This document shows positions 38,075-49,849 of a stretch of 64,000 bases of DNA, one piece after another; the first letter of the stretch is position 1, and each line of letters starts with the position of its first letter. The position numbers were made by a program, and so were the translations under genes. This DNA is from Eledone cirrhosa. Its lineage: Eukaryota. The stretch is taken from assembly GCA_964016885.1 (NCBI GenBank), contig OZ024740.1, positions 383,532,001 to 383,596,000 of the forward strand, read 5' to 3'. The notes under the pieces were generated by a model, which saw only the letters and a list, made by a program, of their open reading frames with translations, ran no database searches and was not told where the DNA came from.

Positions 38075-41000
38075 TTAATTGTAAGTTGTGATGTTGCTGT
38101 TCCACTCATATTTTCTATTTAATTTTGGTTGTAATTCTTTTATGTTTACTGCCTCTGTAATTTGCCTAAACATTGCGTCTTTTCTTTGTGTGGATTCTAT
38201 TTTTATTTCTATGTTCTCTAATCTACCCCTGTGTTCTATCTTAGCATGATGGTAGAGCACAGATGATTCTTTATTATCTTGGAGGTCTCGCCAGTGTTCA
38301 TTTATTCGTTCCCCTATAGTACGAGCTGTCTCACCTATGTACACTATATTTTTGTTTCTACATTGTCCTTCAGTACATCTTATGCTATACACTACATTAC
38401 ATTTCTAGTTTTACAGTTAATATGGGGGATTATTTTACAGGTTATACATTTCTTATCTGTACATGAGGGTCTTTGGAACGGGTATGTCTTGCTAATAAGT
38501 GTTTTTACGGAGGTACCAGGTCTTTCTACTATCTTAATATTGAGATTATGTTTATTTAGGGCCCTTCTAAATTTGTAGGTTAGTTCGCCTCCAGGGGTTG
38601 TATTGATGAACATTACACTCTGGTATTTATTGCTATCATACCATGAGTTTATTCTATTGGCCTTGTTCCTAGTTCTTTCTATTCTATTCCAAAATTTGCT
38701 CCTATACAAGGGGCAGGTCCCATTTATGTCATTATTTACCATTTTTTCCCATTTGGTTCTGGCTCCTTTATACACTCTGATTCTATCTCTCTGATTGTAG
38801 CCAGAGAACTGCATACGGTGGATGAAGTGTTGTATGTGTCTCTCTAGTTCTTCGGGGTTGCACATGCGGGACACATTTCTCATCACCCGTACCAAATCCG
38901 CAATCAGTATGTTGATTTTGGTATGGTCCGAAATGGCCGAGTTTCGGTGGATCAGATGTTTGGGAGTCATGGGTTTGGCATAATGGGAATGGAGGATTTG
39001 TTTGGGGTTGTTAATGGAATCTAACCAGAGCTCTGTGTCTAATACAGGTAATCGATGGTTGGGGTGTCTACTTGGGTAGTCTATAGTAACTCTAATGCTC
39101 TGGTGGATGGAGTTTGCTATTTTCTGGATGATTTCCAATGTGTTTTTCTCTAGTTCCTGACTGTTCTTTAGTGGGGGTGTCTTAACTACGATGTTTATAT
39201 CATCTACGTAGCGGGAGTACATTATCAGGTTTAAGCTGCCTTCTAATTGTTCATTAAGTTTTTGTTTAAGTCTACTGTCCCACCATACCATGAATAAGTT
39301 AGCTACGTCGCCTGCAATGCTAACACCAATGGCTGCTCCTTCCTCTTGGGTATATGTTTTACCATTAAATTTGAACATATGTTCCTTAAGGGTTAATTTT
39401 ATGCTGGCCCCTACCGTATGTGCAATCATTTTCTTCAGTTCATCGTGGTTTTCGGGTGTCCGTATGGCTCTGGTCCACCCGTTCCATCTATCTGTGTGGG
39501 TTTTCTTGGCCATTGAGGTAATGGTAGGTGGTCTGCCTCTTGCTGGTCTTGTAGGGCACAGGTTGCTAAGGTCATAAGTTTCTAGGTAACTATTACTATG
39601 GGTAAGCTTAAGTAGAAGTCCCAGCTCACTGGTATCAATCCCACGGAACTCAACCTTGCTCTCGCTGATCATTTCTACGCATTTCTCCACAGCAAAATCC
39701 ACGTCAATAGATGGATACAGGGACACAACATCCATACTGCCTATTATGCAGTTTGTTAGGTCCCCAGATCGGTTACCCGCGCCGATTCTGCTGAGGAGGT
39801 CCTCCGTGCTGTCACACACATCTGAGGACATCTCAATGATGGGGCGTATGATCAGGGAGAGGAATTAGGACAGTATGTAGTTACTAGCAATGTTAGCCCC
39901 ACATACTGGCCGTGTTGGTGGTCCCGCGACAGGGTCCCAGCCCGTTTTATGGTCTTTTCGAAGCCCATACAACGCCGGCACGTCATTATTCCAGGCCTGG
40001 AAGTTGTTGGCAGTCCTTTTGTTGGGCTGCATTATATTCGTCCACATCACCATATGGGCATTGAGGGCTTTTTCTCTATCCTCATGCTCCTGTGGTGTTA
40101 CCTCTCTTGTGTTAGTGATGTGGGTTGCATTGCCTGGATGTAGTTTGGCAGGCTGTCAACCGACATTCTGCCAGACTTGTCTGTTGGAAAACATGCTATC
40201 TCTCCATTACGCGAGCGCTGCATCAGCTTACGCAAGCCATTTGTAGATTCTTCTCCCAGTTGCTGGGCCTCTATTCTATTATGCTTCTTGCTATACTGTT
40301 CTATAATATTTCTAAGTTCTGATTTAGCTATACTAAATCGTGCTTCTGTTTGTTCATCGACCTGCGACGGCAACTGCGTGCGTTTGTTAAATGTCAAAGT
40401 CGTGGCGTGGACTCGTCGTAGGTCGAATGATTTATCGGAGGGGTTATAAAACGGAGAGTTCCAAGCTGCTGCTTTATGTGTACTAGTGCTATTATTATTG
40501 TTAGTTGTGTTGTTTCTATTTCTATTTCCACCAACAGCCTCATGGTTGTTTCTATGTCTCTCATAATTACTCCTGTTTCTTTCCACTGGCTCAATGTTGT
40601 TATCTACCCTATTTTGTGTGTCTGTGTGTTCGTCTTGGTTATTCTCTTTGTCCTTAGTCTCCCATCTCCTTTTCCTTTTAATCCTATTACTTTCTCTTAT
40701 TTCTCTGATTTCTGTGCTACTGTCATTACTTGTTTTCTGTGTCTGTGTGTTTGTTAAGATTGTGGTGGTGGTGAGAGGCATTGAATGCGTGTGTGTTGTT
40801 GTTGTTGATGTGTGTTGTTGTTGATGTGTGTTGTTGTTGTCTCCGTGTGTGTGTGTTATCGTTGTTGTGTGTGTTGTTATTGTTGTTTGTGTCTACGTGT
40901 CTGTTGTTGTTGTATCTGGGTATGTTGCTATTGTTGTTGTTGTTGTTATTGTTGTTTGTGTCTGTGTGTCTGTTGTTGTTGGGATGTGTGTTGTATATGT

Positions 41001-41150
41001 GTGTGCGTATATTGTTGCTTTTGTTTTTGATGCTCCAGCGTAGTTTTGTAAATGATTTTTCTATTTCCGACAGACAACTAATCATATTTATCTTCTTGAA
41101 TGTCGCAAATTTGGGTGGCAGACATAACACAGGCATTTCATTATTATCTA
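38075..41150 (-). pseudogene. PLE RT/GIY-YIG polyprotein, 5'-truncated, with frameshifts and stops
   Basis: ORF-track pieces 40726-41136, 40098-40781, 39865-40053, 38392-39831 and 38075-38392 are collinear with the family B protein. Confidence 0.88.
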
Positions 41151-41369
41151 TTTCTAATTAAATAGAAAATATGAGTGGAACAACATCACAACTTACAATT
41201 AAGGACAAAATGAAAACACACACACACATAGAACAAACGACTTACAATTAAGGACAAAATGAAAACACACACAGGACAAAATGAAAACACACACACACAT
41301 AGAACAAACAACCAACCAACAATAAATAAATAAACAAATAGATAAATGAACACAAACACACACAGACAC

Positions 41370-41427
41370 CCGGATGTGGCGCATGCGCAAACTGAGCACA
41401 CAACACACACACAGAAACAAAATGGCG
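41370..41427 (+). promoter_or_regulatory. Putative pLTR promoter module: ETS-like CCGGATGT, NRF1-like GCGCATGCGC, YY1-like CAAAATGGCG
   Basis: Motifs at 41370-41377, 41379-41388 and 41418-41427; also present in the 44.4 and 46.7 kb copies. Function is inferred. Confidence 0.5.
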
Positions 41428-41473
41428 TAGGATAGAAGAAAGGAAAGGCACAGAAACAAAGAAAGGAATCCCC

Positions 41474-41518
41474 AGTCACTGAAGAGGTCACAGAGTGTGT
41501 GACGAAAGGACTATGACT
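41474..41518 (+). ncRNA. Minimal type I hammerhead ribozyme (PLE family A pLTR)
   Basis: AGTCA-CTGAAGA-G-GTCACA/TGTGAC-GAAA-G(GA)CT-A-TGACT; 5-bp stem I, 6-bp stem II. Confidence 0.85.
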
Positions 41519-41721
41519 ATATATAAACAACTATCTGGTTGTGGAACCAGCCAGCCAACCAGAAATTTATAAGTTTGTAAATTTGTAAATTTATAAATTT
41601 ATAAATTTATAAATTTATAAATATATAATAAATTGAAGTGAAAGCAACTGGTGCGTGTGTTTCTTATTGGCAACATGACCCTCCCAAAGTATAACAATAT
41701 ATATATATATATATATATATA

Positions 41722-42635
41722 ACGAAGGAAATGTGGTAAGGAACCAGGTGGACCATAACGCACCAAAGTACTGAATACTTAGGGTAGTAGAGTGGGTAAT
41801 AGGAACAAGTAAGACGGCTAATTCTTGACTGAATGAAAATTCATACTGGTATTTAAATAGCCGAGCTCATCAAGGTGTAATTCCATATATGGTCAAAGAG
41901 ATAATCACCAGGATTGGTCACATCACAAGTTAGTAGTAAATCTGTGATGGCAAATTGGTGGGGAAAAGGGTAGCTAAACCTGCGGGTAGGAGAAAAAGGG
42001 AGAGGGGGTGTAGTAGATCCATTCATGCGTTGGTAGTGCCGGCTACAGCTGGGCGTGAGGTCAAATGGATACTGGGGAGGGGGAGGGGGAGGAAGTCGAA
42101 ACGGTAAGTAGAACAATGAGGGTAAAACTATAAACAGTACTGAGAGAGAAAAAAAAAAAAGCAAAGTCTGGTTACTAAGACTTAAGTCTCTCGCTATTGC
42201 TAGGCTAAAGAAATACATAAATAAATAATGAAACAAATACGTGAATAAAAGAATAGATAAATAAATAAAAAAAAATATATAATGAAGAATAAAAAAAAAA
42301 ATAATAATAATAAAAATAAACTAGGTGGGACGGAAATAAAGGACCCTTATACGAGGTATAAGTGCGTGTATCGTACGGTGACGGGTCAACAAAGGGGGGT
42401 GGGGGGCAAAATACTAAAGAGACTGCCACGATATAATAAACGTTTCTACCCCAATCACAGGGCCAGCAACCACCCATTGCAAGAAAGTAAACTAGTACGA
42501 GAATATAATTCAGGGTCCCGCAAAAGAATACTAGTGCTAACTCTAAGGGTACCGCCACGAAACAAAAAGTCTTATACACGCTACATGAAAGAACGTACGA
42601 AGTAAAAGTAAAGAACGGAAAATTAATACAGAACC

Positions 42636-42666
<31 letters not shown>

Positions 42667-43357
42667 GGGGAAAAAGAAGAAAGAAATACTGGATAAACGA
42701 GAAATTAAAGCAAAGATGCCACTAAGAAATATAGAAGGCACGGAAAAAAGGCGCAGCGGTCGGAGAAGGGGCCAAGTATCCGAAGTCTAACACCTCTGCT
42801 ATAAAAAGTGGAGTCAGCCAATTCTATCATAGAATAGGGGAAGGGGTGGGGGTGCTGAAGCTACAAAGGACCGTAGGGCTACCTCGGGTTTCGTTATTTA
42901 TTTATGTATTTCTTTAGCCTAGCAATAGCGAGAGACTTAAGTCTTAGTAGCCAGACTTTGCTTTTTTTCTTCTTTTTTTTTTCTCTCTCAGTAATGTTTA
43001 TAGTTTTACCCTTTATTGTTCTACTTACCATTTCGACTTCCTCCCCCTCCTCCTCCCCAGTATCCATTTGACCTCACGCCCAGCTGTAGCCGGCACTACC
43101 AACGCATGAATGCGTCTACTACACTCCCTCTCCCTTTTTCTCCTACCGGCAGGTTTAGCTACCCCTTCCCCCACCAATTTGCCATCACAGATTTACTACT
43201 AACTTGTGATGTGACCAATCCTGGTGATTATGTCTTTGACCATATATGGAATTACCCTTTGATAAGCTCAGCTATTTAAATACCAGAATGAATTTTCATT
43301 CAGTCCAGAATTAGCCGTCGCAACGGCTTGAGCTCAGTCGTCGGGGTCTTACTTGTT

Positions 43358-43359
<2 letters not shown>
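41722..43359. mobile_element. 1.6-kb non-coding fold-back element (family C) in (TA)n, probably PLE pLTR-derived
   Basis: ~430-bp inverted arms (41798-42230 / 42890-43359); TA arrays on both sides; no recognisable ORF. Confidence 0.75.
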
Positions 43360-43421
<62 letters not shown>

Positions 43422-43749
43422 TATATAAATATAAATATAAATATAAAAATATATATATTTAAAAAATAAGTCTTAGATAAATAATAATTTGAAAAATAAA
43501 TAAATAAAACAATTAAGAAAAGAATTTGGTCAAACAATTCCCTAAAGAATTACAAGAAACTTAAATATATGATAGTGCTGACAGGTTGGAATGACAGGTT
43601 GTGCTAAATTCATAGCTTACAGTATTCATGCATGCATACATACATACAGTGCATGCATGCATACATACGGTTCATGCATGCATACATACATACATACATA
43701 CATACATACATACATACATACATACATACATACATAGTCACACACACAG

Positions 43750-43807
<58 letters not shown>

Positions 43808-43809
<2 letters not shown>

Positions 43810-44088
43810 GGGCGCCCTGCCGATTAACTCACTCGATATGCAAATTAGGCTTCTCAGCTGTTAATATGCATATGGAAAGTATATACTTTCAGGCGTTCAA
43901 TCTTCTGGCAGGAAGCTATACGTGGCTGACGATAGCTAATAAGCTTGAAACTAGTACAGCGTTCCTTTGTTAGTGTTGAACAAATGAGCAACGATGGTTG
44001 CTAGACACTGTACGGCTTAATTCGGGATGTTTGTTTACAAACACAGCCGTACTAAGAGTGAGAAATGAAATTTCGTTTCATTTTTTCC

Positions 44089-44091
<3 letters not shown>
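43808..44091 (+). mobile_element. ~284-bp non-coding hammerhead-bearing insert between two (TA)n arrays
   Basis: Bounded by TA arrays; contains the HHR at 43921-43961 and a second stem-loop set. Confidence 0.6.
43921..43961 (+). ncRNA. Minimal hammerhead ribozyme candidate
   Basis: CTGACGA-T-AGCT-AATA-AGCT-T-GAA-ACTAGT-A; palindromic stem III ACTAGT, GUA site; stem I imperfect. Confidence 0.6.
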
Positions 44092-44138
<47 letters not shown>

Positions 44139-44284
44139 ATACTTTGAGAGGGTCATGTTGCCAATAATAAACACACGCACCAGGTTCTTTCACTTCAATT
44201 TATTATAATAAATTTATAAATTGAGGAATTTATAAATTTCCACTTGGTTGCTTGGTTACACAACCTGTTGGTTGTTTATATATT

Positions 44285-44327
44285 GTCAAAGTTCTTTCGT
44301 CACACATTATGTGACCTCTTCAGTGAC
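44285..44327 (-). ncRNA. Minimal type I hammerhead ribozyme (PLE family A)
   Basis: GTCA-CTGAAGA-G-GTCACA-TAATG-TGTGAC-GAAA-G(AA)CT-T-TGAC. Confidence 0.87.
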
Positions 44328-46839
44328 TGGGGATTCTTTTCTTTGTTTTTGTGCCTCTCCTTTGTTCTGTCCTACGCCATTTTGTTTCTGTGTGTGTGTT
44401 GTGTGCTCAGTCTGCGCATGCGCCAGATCCGGGTGTCTGTGTGTGTTTATATTCGTTTATTTATTTGTTTATTTACATGTTACAGGTTGGTTGTTTGTTC
44501 TATGTGCGTGTGTGTTTTCATTTTGTCCTTAATTGTAAGTTGTGATGTTACTGTTCCACTCATGTTTTCTATTTAATTTTGGTTGTAATTCTTTTATGTT
44601 TATTGTCTCTGTGATTTGTCTAAACTTTGCGTCTTTTCTGTGTGTAGATTCTATTTTTATTTCTATGTTCTCTAATTTACCCTTGTGTTCTATTTTAGCA
44701 TGTTGGTAGAGTACAGATGATTCTTTACTATCTTGAAGGTCTCGCCAGTGTTCATTCATCCGTTCCCTTACACTACGAGCTGTCTCACCTATGTACACTA
44801 TAATTTTGTCTCTACATTGTGCTTCAGTACATCTTATGCTATATACTACATTTCTAGTTTTACAGTTAATATGGGGGCTTATTTTACAGGTTATACATTT
44901 CTTATCTATACAGGGGGTCTTTGAAAAGGGTATGTCTGCTAATAAGTGTTTTTACGGAGGTACCTGGTCTTTTTACTATCTTGATATTGAGTTTATGTTT
45001 ATCTAGGGCCCTTCTAAATCTGTAAGCTAATTCACCTCTAGGGATTGCATCGATGAACATTACACTCTGGTATTTATTGCTATCATACCATGAGTTTATT
45101 CTATTAGCCTTATTCCTAGTTCTTTCAATTCTATTCCAAAATCTGCTCCTATACAAGGGGCAGGTCCCATTTGTGTCATTATTTAGCATTTTTTCCCATT
45201 TGGTTCTGGCTCCTCTATACACTCTGATTTTATCTCTCTGATTGTAACCAGAGAACTGCATACGGTGGATGAAGTGTTGTATGTGTCTCTCTAGTTCTTC
45301 GGGTTGCACATGCGGGACACGTTTCTCATCACCCGTACCAAATCCGCAATCAGTATGTTGATTTTGGTATGGTCCGAAACAGCTGAGTTTCGGTGGATCA
45401 GATATTTGGAAGTCATGGGTTTGGCATAATGGGAATGGAGGATTTGTTTTTTGTTATTAATGGTATCTAACCAGAGCTCTGTGTCTAGTACAGGTAATCG
45501 ATGGTTGGGGTGTTTACTTGGGTAGTCTATAGTAACTCTAATACTCTGGTGGATGGAGTTAGCTATTTGCTGGATGCTCTCCATCGTATTTTTCTCTAGT
45601 TCCTGACTGTTCTCTAGTGGGGGTGTTATAACTACGATGTTTATATGATCAACGTAGCGGGAGTGCATTATCAGGGTTAAGGGGTTTTCTAATTGTTCTT
45701 TAAGTTTAAGTTTAAGTCTACTGTCCCACCATACCATGAATAAGTTAGCTATGTCGCCTGCAATGCTAACACCAATGGCTGCTCCTTCCTCTTGGGCATA
45801 TGTTTTTCTATTAAATTTGAACATATGTTCCTTAAGGGTTAATTTTATGCTGGCCCCCACCGCATGTGCAATCATTTTCTTTAGTTCATCGTGGTTTTCG
45901 TGTGTCCGTAGGGCTCTGGTCCACCCGTTCCATCTATCTGTGTGGGTTTTCTTGGCCATTGAGGTAATGGTAGGTGGTCTGTCTCTTGCTGGTCTTGTAG
46001 GGCAGAGGTTGCTAAGGTCATATGTGTCTAGTTAATTATTACTATAGGTAAGTTTAAGTAGGAGTCCCAGCTCACTGGTATCAATCCCACGGAACTCAAC
46101 ATTGCTCTCACTGATCATTTCTACGCATTTCTCCACAGCAAAATCCACGTCAATATATGGATACTGGGACACAACATCCATACAACCTATTATGCAGTTT
46201 GCTAGGTCCCCAGATCGGTTACTCTCGCCGATTCTGCTGAGGAGGTCCTCCGTGCTGTCACATACATCTGTATAGATAAGTAATGTATAACCTGTAAATT
46301 AAGCCCCCATATTAACTGTAAAACCAGAAATGCATAAGATGTACTGAAGGACAATGTAGAGACAAACATATAGTGTACATATGTGAGACAGCTCGTAGTG
46401 TAGGGGAACGGATAAATGAACACTGGCGAGACCTTCAAGATAGTAAAGAATCATCTGTACTCTACCAACATGCTAAAATAGAACATAAGGGTAAATTAGA
46501 GAACATAGAAATAAAAATAGAATCTACACACAGAAAAGACGCAATGTTTAGACAAATCACAGAGGCAATAAACATAAAAGAATTACAACCAAAATTAAAT
46601 AGAAAACATGACTGGAACAGTAACATCACAACTTACAATTAAGGACAAAATGAAAACACACACGCACATAGAACAAACAACCAACCTGTAACATGTAAAT
46701 AAACAAATAAATAAACGAATATAAACACACACAGACACCCGGATGTGGCGCATGCGCAGACTGAGCACACAACACACAGAAACAAAATGGCGTAGGACAG
46801 AACAAAGGAGAAGCACAAAAACAAAGAAAAGAATCCCCC

Positions 46840-46882
46840 GTCACTGAAGAGGTCACATAATGTGTCACGAAAGAACTTTGAC
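46840..46882 (+). ncRNA. Minimal type I hammerhead ribozyme (PLE family A, inverted arm)
   Basis: Same as 44285-44327 with one stem II mismatch. Confidence 0.8.
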
Positions 46883-47814
46883 AATATATAAACAACCATC
46901 CGGTTGTGGAACCAACCAACCAACCGGAAATTTATAAATTCCTCAATTTATAAATTTATTATAATAAATTGAAGTGAAATTACTGGTGCGTGTGTTTCCT
47001 ATTGGCAACATGACCCTCCCAAAGTATAACAATATCGGTTTCAACACCCGTTTTCAGATAAAGAATCTTGCTAAACAAATTCAGAAACGAAATATATATA
47101 TATATACATATATATATTCTTTTACTCTTCTACCTGTTCCAGCCATCCAGCTGAGGCCATATGTATATGAATATATAAAGAGAGACAGAGGCACATACAC
47201 ACATGCACACACACGCACGGACGCACACACACATACACACACACACACAAATATATATATATATATAATACATATACAATGTTAATTAGTGGTAAGTCTA
47301 AAGTCCCTAGCGAGAATGAGTCACCAAATAATTTTTGTACAAGTTGAAAACATGTGTGAATACATATATATAAATCTATACATGTACATGTACACACATA
47401 CACACACCCAGAATATATACTGAGTGAGTGTGAAAGACCAAAGCTTATTATCGAAAATCTCTGGGTGTGTATATTTCGCAAGGTACTTTATATTTTTTAT
47501 TGGTGAAGATAAGAATGGTCACTACTCTAAATAACCTATACTATACATTCACAATATTTAAAAATTCAATTATAACACTCTGTATAAACATTTGGTTTTA
47601 CTCAATAATATGTACACTATATATATACACTATAGTTAGTAAAAAAATATACATTTTTTCACGCAAAGATTTGATTGTTCTGTTTTGTTTCCACTAATGT
47701 ATTTCTTGAAAATATTATTTATTCATTATAAAATGAAATGATAGCATTCTATATAAAGTTGGGCCCCCTTTATCTCCTGGCAACCAATATTTTTAGACCC
47801 AGTCCGCCATTCAA

Positions 47815-48015
47815 CATGAATGGACCTGTTATTTTTATCTAAAGACATTTTTTTGCAATTCCATCCCGCGCATCCCTCCAATCTATCTTATTTCTCATTC
47901 TTTCTTCTGGTGAAGGACTAACGTCCGAAACGTTAATACCCTATTCCTGCTATATCAAGCGTTATCCAAGTACATCCATACACTGTACCGATTGTGTTAT
48001 TATTTCTGTTTACCT
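47815..48015 (+). mobile_element. Solo pLTR fragment of the 60.6-62.2 kb PLE family with mutated hammerhead
   Basis: Reverse complement of 60655-60865; core reads CTGGTGA instead of CTGATGA at 47907-47913. Confidence 0.8.
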
Positions 48016-48036
48016 TTTACACGCACACACACACAT

Positions 48037-48137
<101 letters not shown>

Positions 48138-48244
48138 TATGTATATAGTGGTGGAACACTGGAAGGTAATATCCGTAGTGGTAGAGCACTCAGTCCAAGG
48201 GATGAGTTAGGTAGAAGTCGTTACACAACAGTTAGTTCACCATA

Positions 48245-48284
48245 TTGAGAACAATTGTTTCACCTTAGCGGATCTTCAGCTCGG
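48245..48284 (-). ncRNA. Hammerhead ribozyme candidate (inverted arm of the Hydra-type PLE)
   Basis: GAG-CTGAAGA-TCCGCTAAGGT-GAA-ACAATTGT-T-CTC. Confidence 0.65.
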
Positions 48285-49516
48285 GATGTGTATGGTTATA
48301 GGAACAGAAGGGACAACCATACGAACGCGCATGCGCAGATACTCGGTCACTTCACACAGGCAATACTAGACTGCGTGCGAGAGGTTTAAGGGAGATAAAT
48401 GCGAAAGTGCGGAAAGTTTTTAGGTTGAAAATAAAATTAAAATAAAAACGAGAAACTTAATTACATTCACAAGGACTCAGGCCACCCTCACACTGTTTTT
48501 AGAAACTTCGTTAAGAATATCAGTACTAGAATCTCAAACCTCCCCTCTAATAAGGCTATCTTTGACAGGGCGGCACCCTACTATAACACGGCGTTGGCTA
48601 ACAGCGGCTTCTCACAACCTATCACCAACTCTCCCACTAGCAACAACACCATTAAGAAAAGTAAGCGCAACAATAGACAAACTATCTGGTTCTCTCCTCC
48701 CTTCTCACTCAACGTTAAACCAATGTAGGAAAAACATTTCTAGCCCTCTTATTTAGACACTTCCCCATAAGTCATAAATACCGCCCCATCTTTAACCGAC
48801 ACAAAGTTAATCTAGGATACTCCTGCGCTAAGAACATGAAGGCCCACATCAGCAGCAGCTCTAGGAGCAACACTCACCAGGGGGCTCTTGCCGTAAGCCT
48901 GAAGCTTGCACCCTTCAACCGCAATACAACACACCAGCTGTAATCTATGAAGCTGTGGTCACTTCCAACCGACCAAACGAACTACAGGATGTCAAATCCT
49001 ATGTGGGCATGGCGGAGTGCCGATTCAAGGAGCGTTTCCTGAACCACCAGTCTACCTTCAGATACCCGGACAGACGTTCATCCACGACACTCGCGAGACA
49101 CGTATGTCCCTCAAGGACTCATGTATAGGCTACTCCATTCAATGGAAAGCGATCACTAAGTCCAAGCCATACGCAAGGGGAAATCCGACGTGTGGCTTAT
49201 GTATTGACGAACGAATAACTATCCTAAAGAGTTTACGCAATAGTGATTGCCTAAACACGAGAAGTGAATTTTTCACACATTGCCCACACTTCACCAAACA
49301 TCTATTGCATAACATCAAGGCTCCGGACTGATTCTTTGTAATTTTATTTTTAATTTAATTTTAATTTTATTTTCAACCTAAAAACTTTCCGGACTTTCGC
49401 AGTTATATCCCTTACACCTCTCGCACGCAGTCTACTATTGCCTGTGTGAAGTGACCGAGTTTCTGCGAATGCGCGTTCGTACGGATCTCCTTCCTGTTCC
49501 TATAACCATACACATC

Positions 49517-49556
49517 CCGAGCTGAAGATCCGCTAAAGTGAAACAATTGTTCTCGG
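49517..49556 (+). ncRNA. Hammerhead ribozyme candidate (Hydra-type PLE 3' pLTR)
   Basis: CCGAG-CTGAAGA-TCCGCTAAAGT-GAA-ACAATTGT-T-CTCGG; 5-bp stem I, 8-nt palindromic stem III, weak stem II. Confidence 0.7.
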
Positions 49557-49584
49557 TATGGTGAACTAACTGTTGTGTAACGAC

Positions 49585-49640
<56 letters not shown>

Positions 49641-49775
49641 TACAAATTATATATATAAATATATATATAGTATAAACATTTTTTTTATACTATCCACACT
49701 CTGCTCTGTATGAATATTGAGTGCTAATTTTGGCATACCGCCTATGGAAGCACCATAGCTACCATTATACACACG

Positions 49776-49848
<73 letters not shown>

Positions 49849-49849
49849 T

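Larger units (their letters stand above)
37993..41698 (-). mobile_element. Penelope-like element, PLE family A copy 1: minus-strand body (37993-41156) plus inverted pLTR (41156-41698)
   Basis: RT motifs SMDVVSLYPSI, GAAIGVSIAGDVANLFM, YSRYVDD; Cys-rich linker CTDKKCITCK; GIY-YIG MYSIRC...YIGETAR...LNRKYEW; the inverted 3' region ends in (TA)n. Confidence 0.92.
44132..47091 (-). mobile_element. PLE family A copy 2: minus body (44132-46270) plus inverted 3' arm (46268-47091), in (TA)n
   Basis: RT and GIY-YIG ORF pieces at 44529-45959; mirrored GIY-YIG ORF 46373-46642; CTG microhomology at the inversion junction; TA on both sides. Confidence 0.93.
48148..49587 (+). mobile_element. Hydra-type PLE, 5'-truncated, with inverted pLTR, in (TA)n
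   Basis: YSIQWKAITKSKPYARGNPTCGLCIDERITI...LNTRSEFFTHCPH; upstream WFSPPFS and IFNRHKVNLGYSC motifs; inverted arms 48213-48452 / 49340-49587. Confidence 0.85.
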
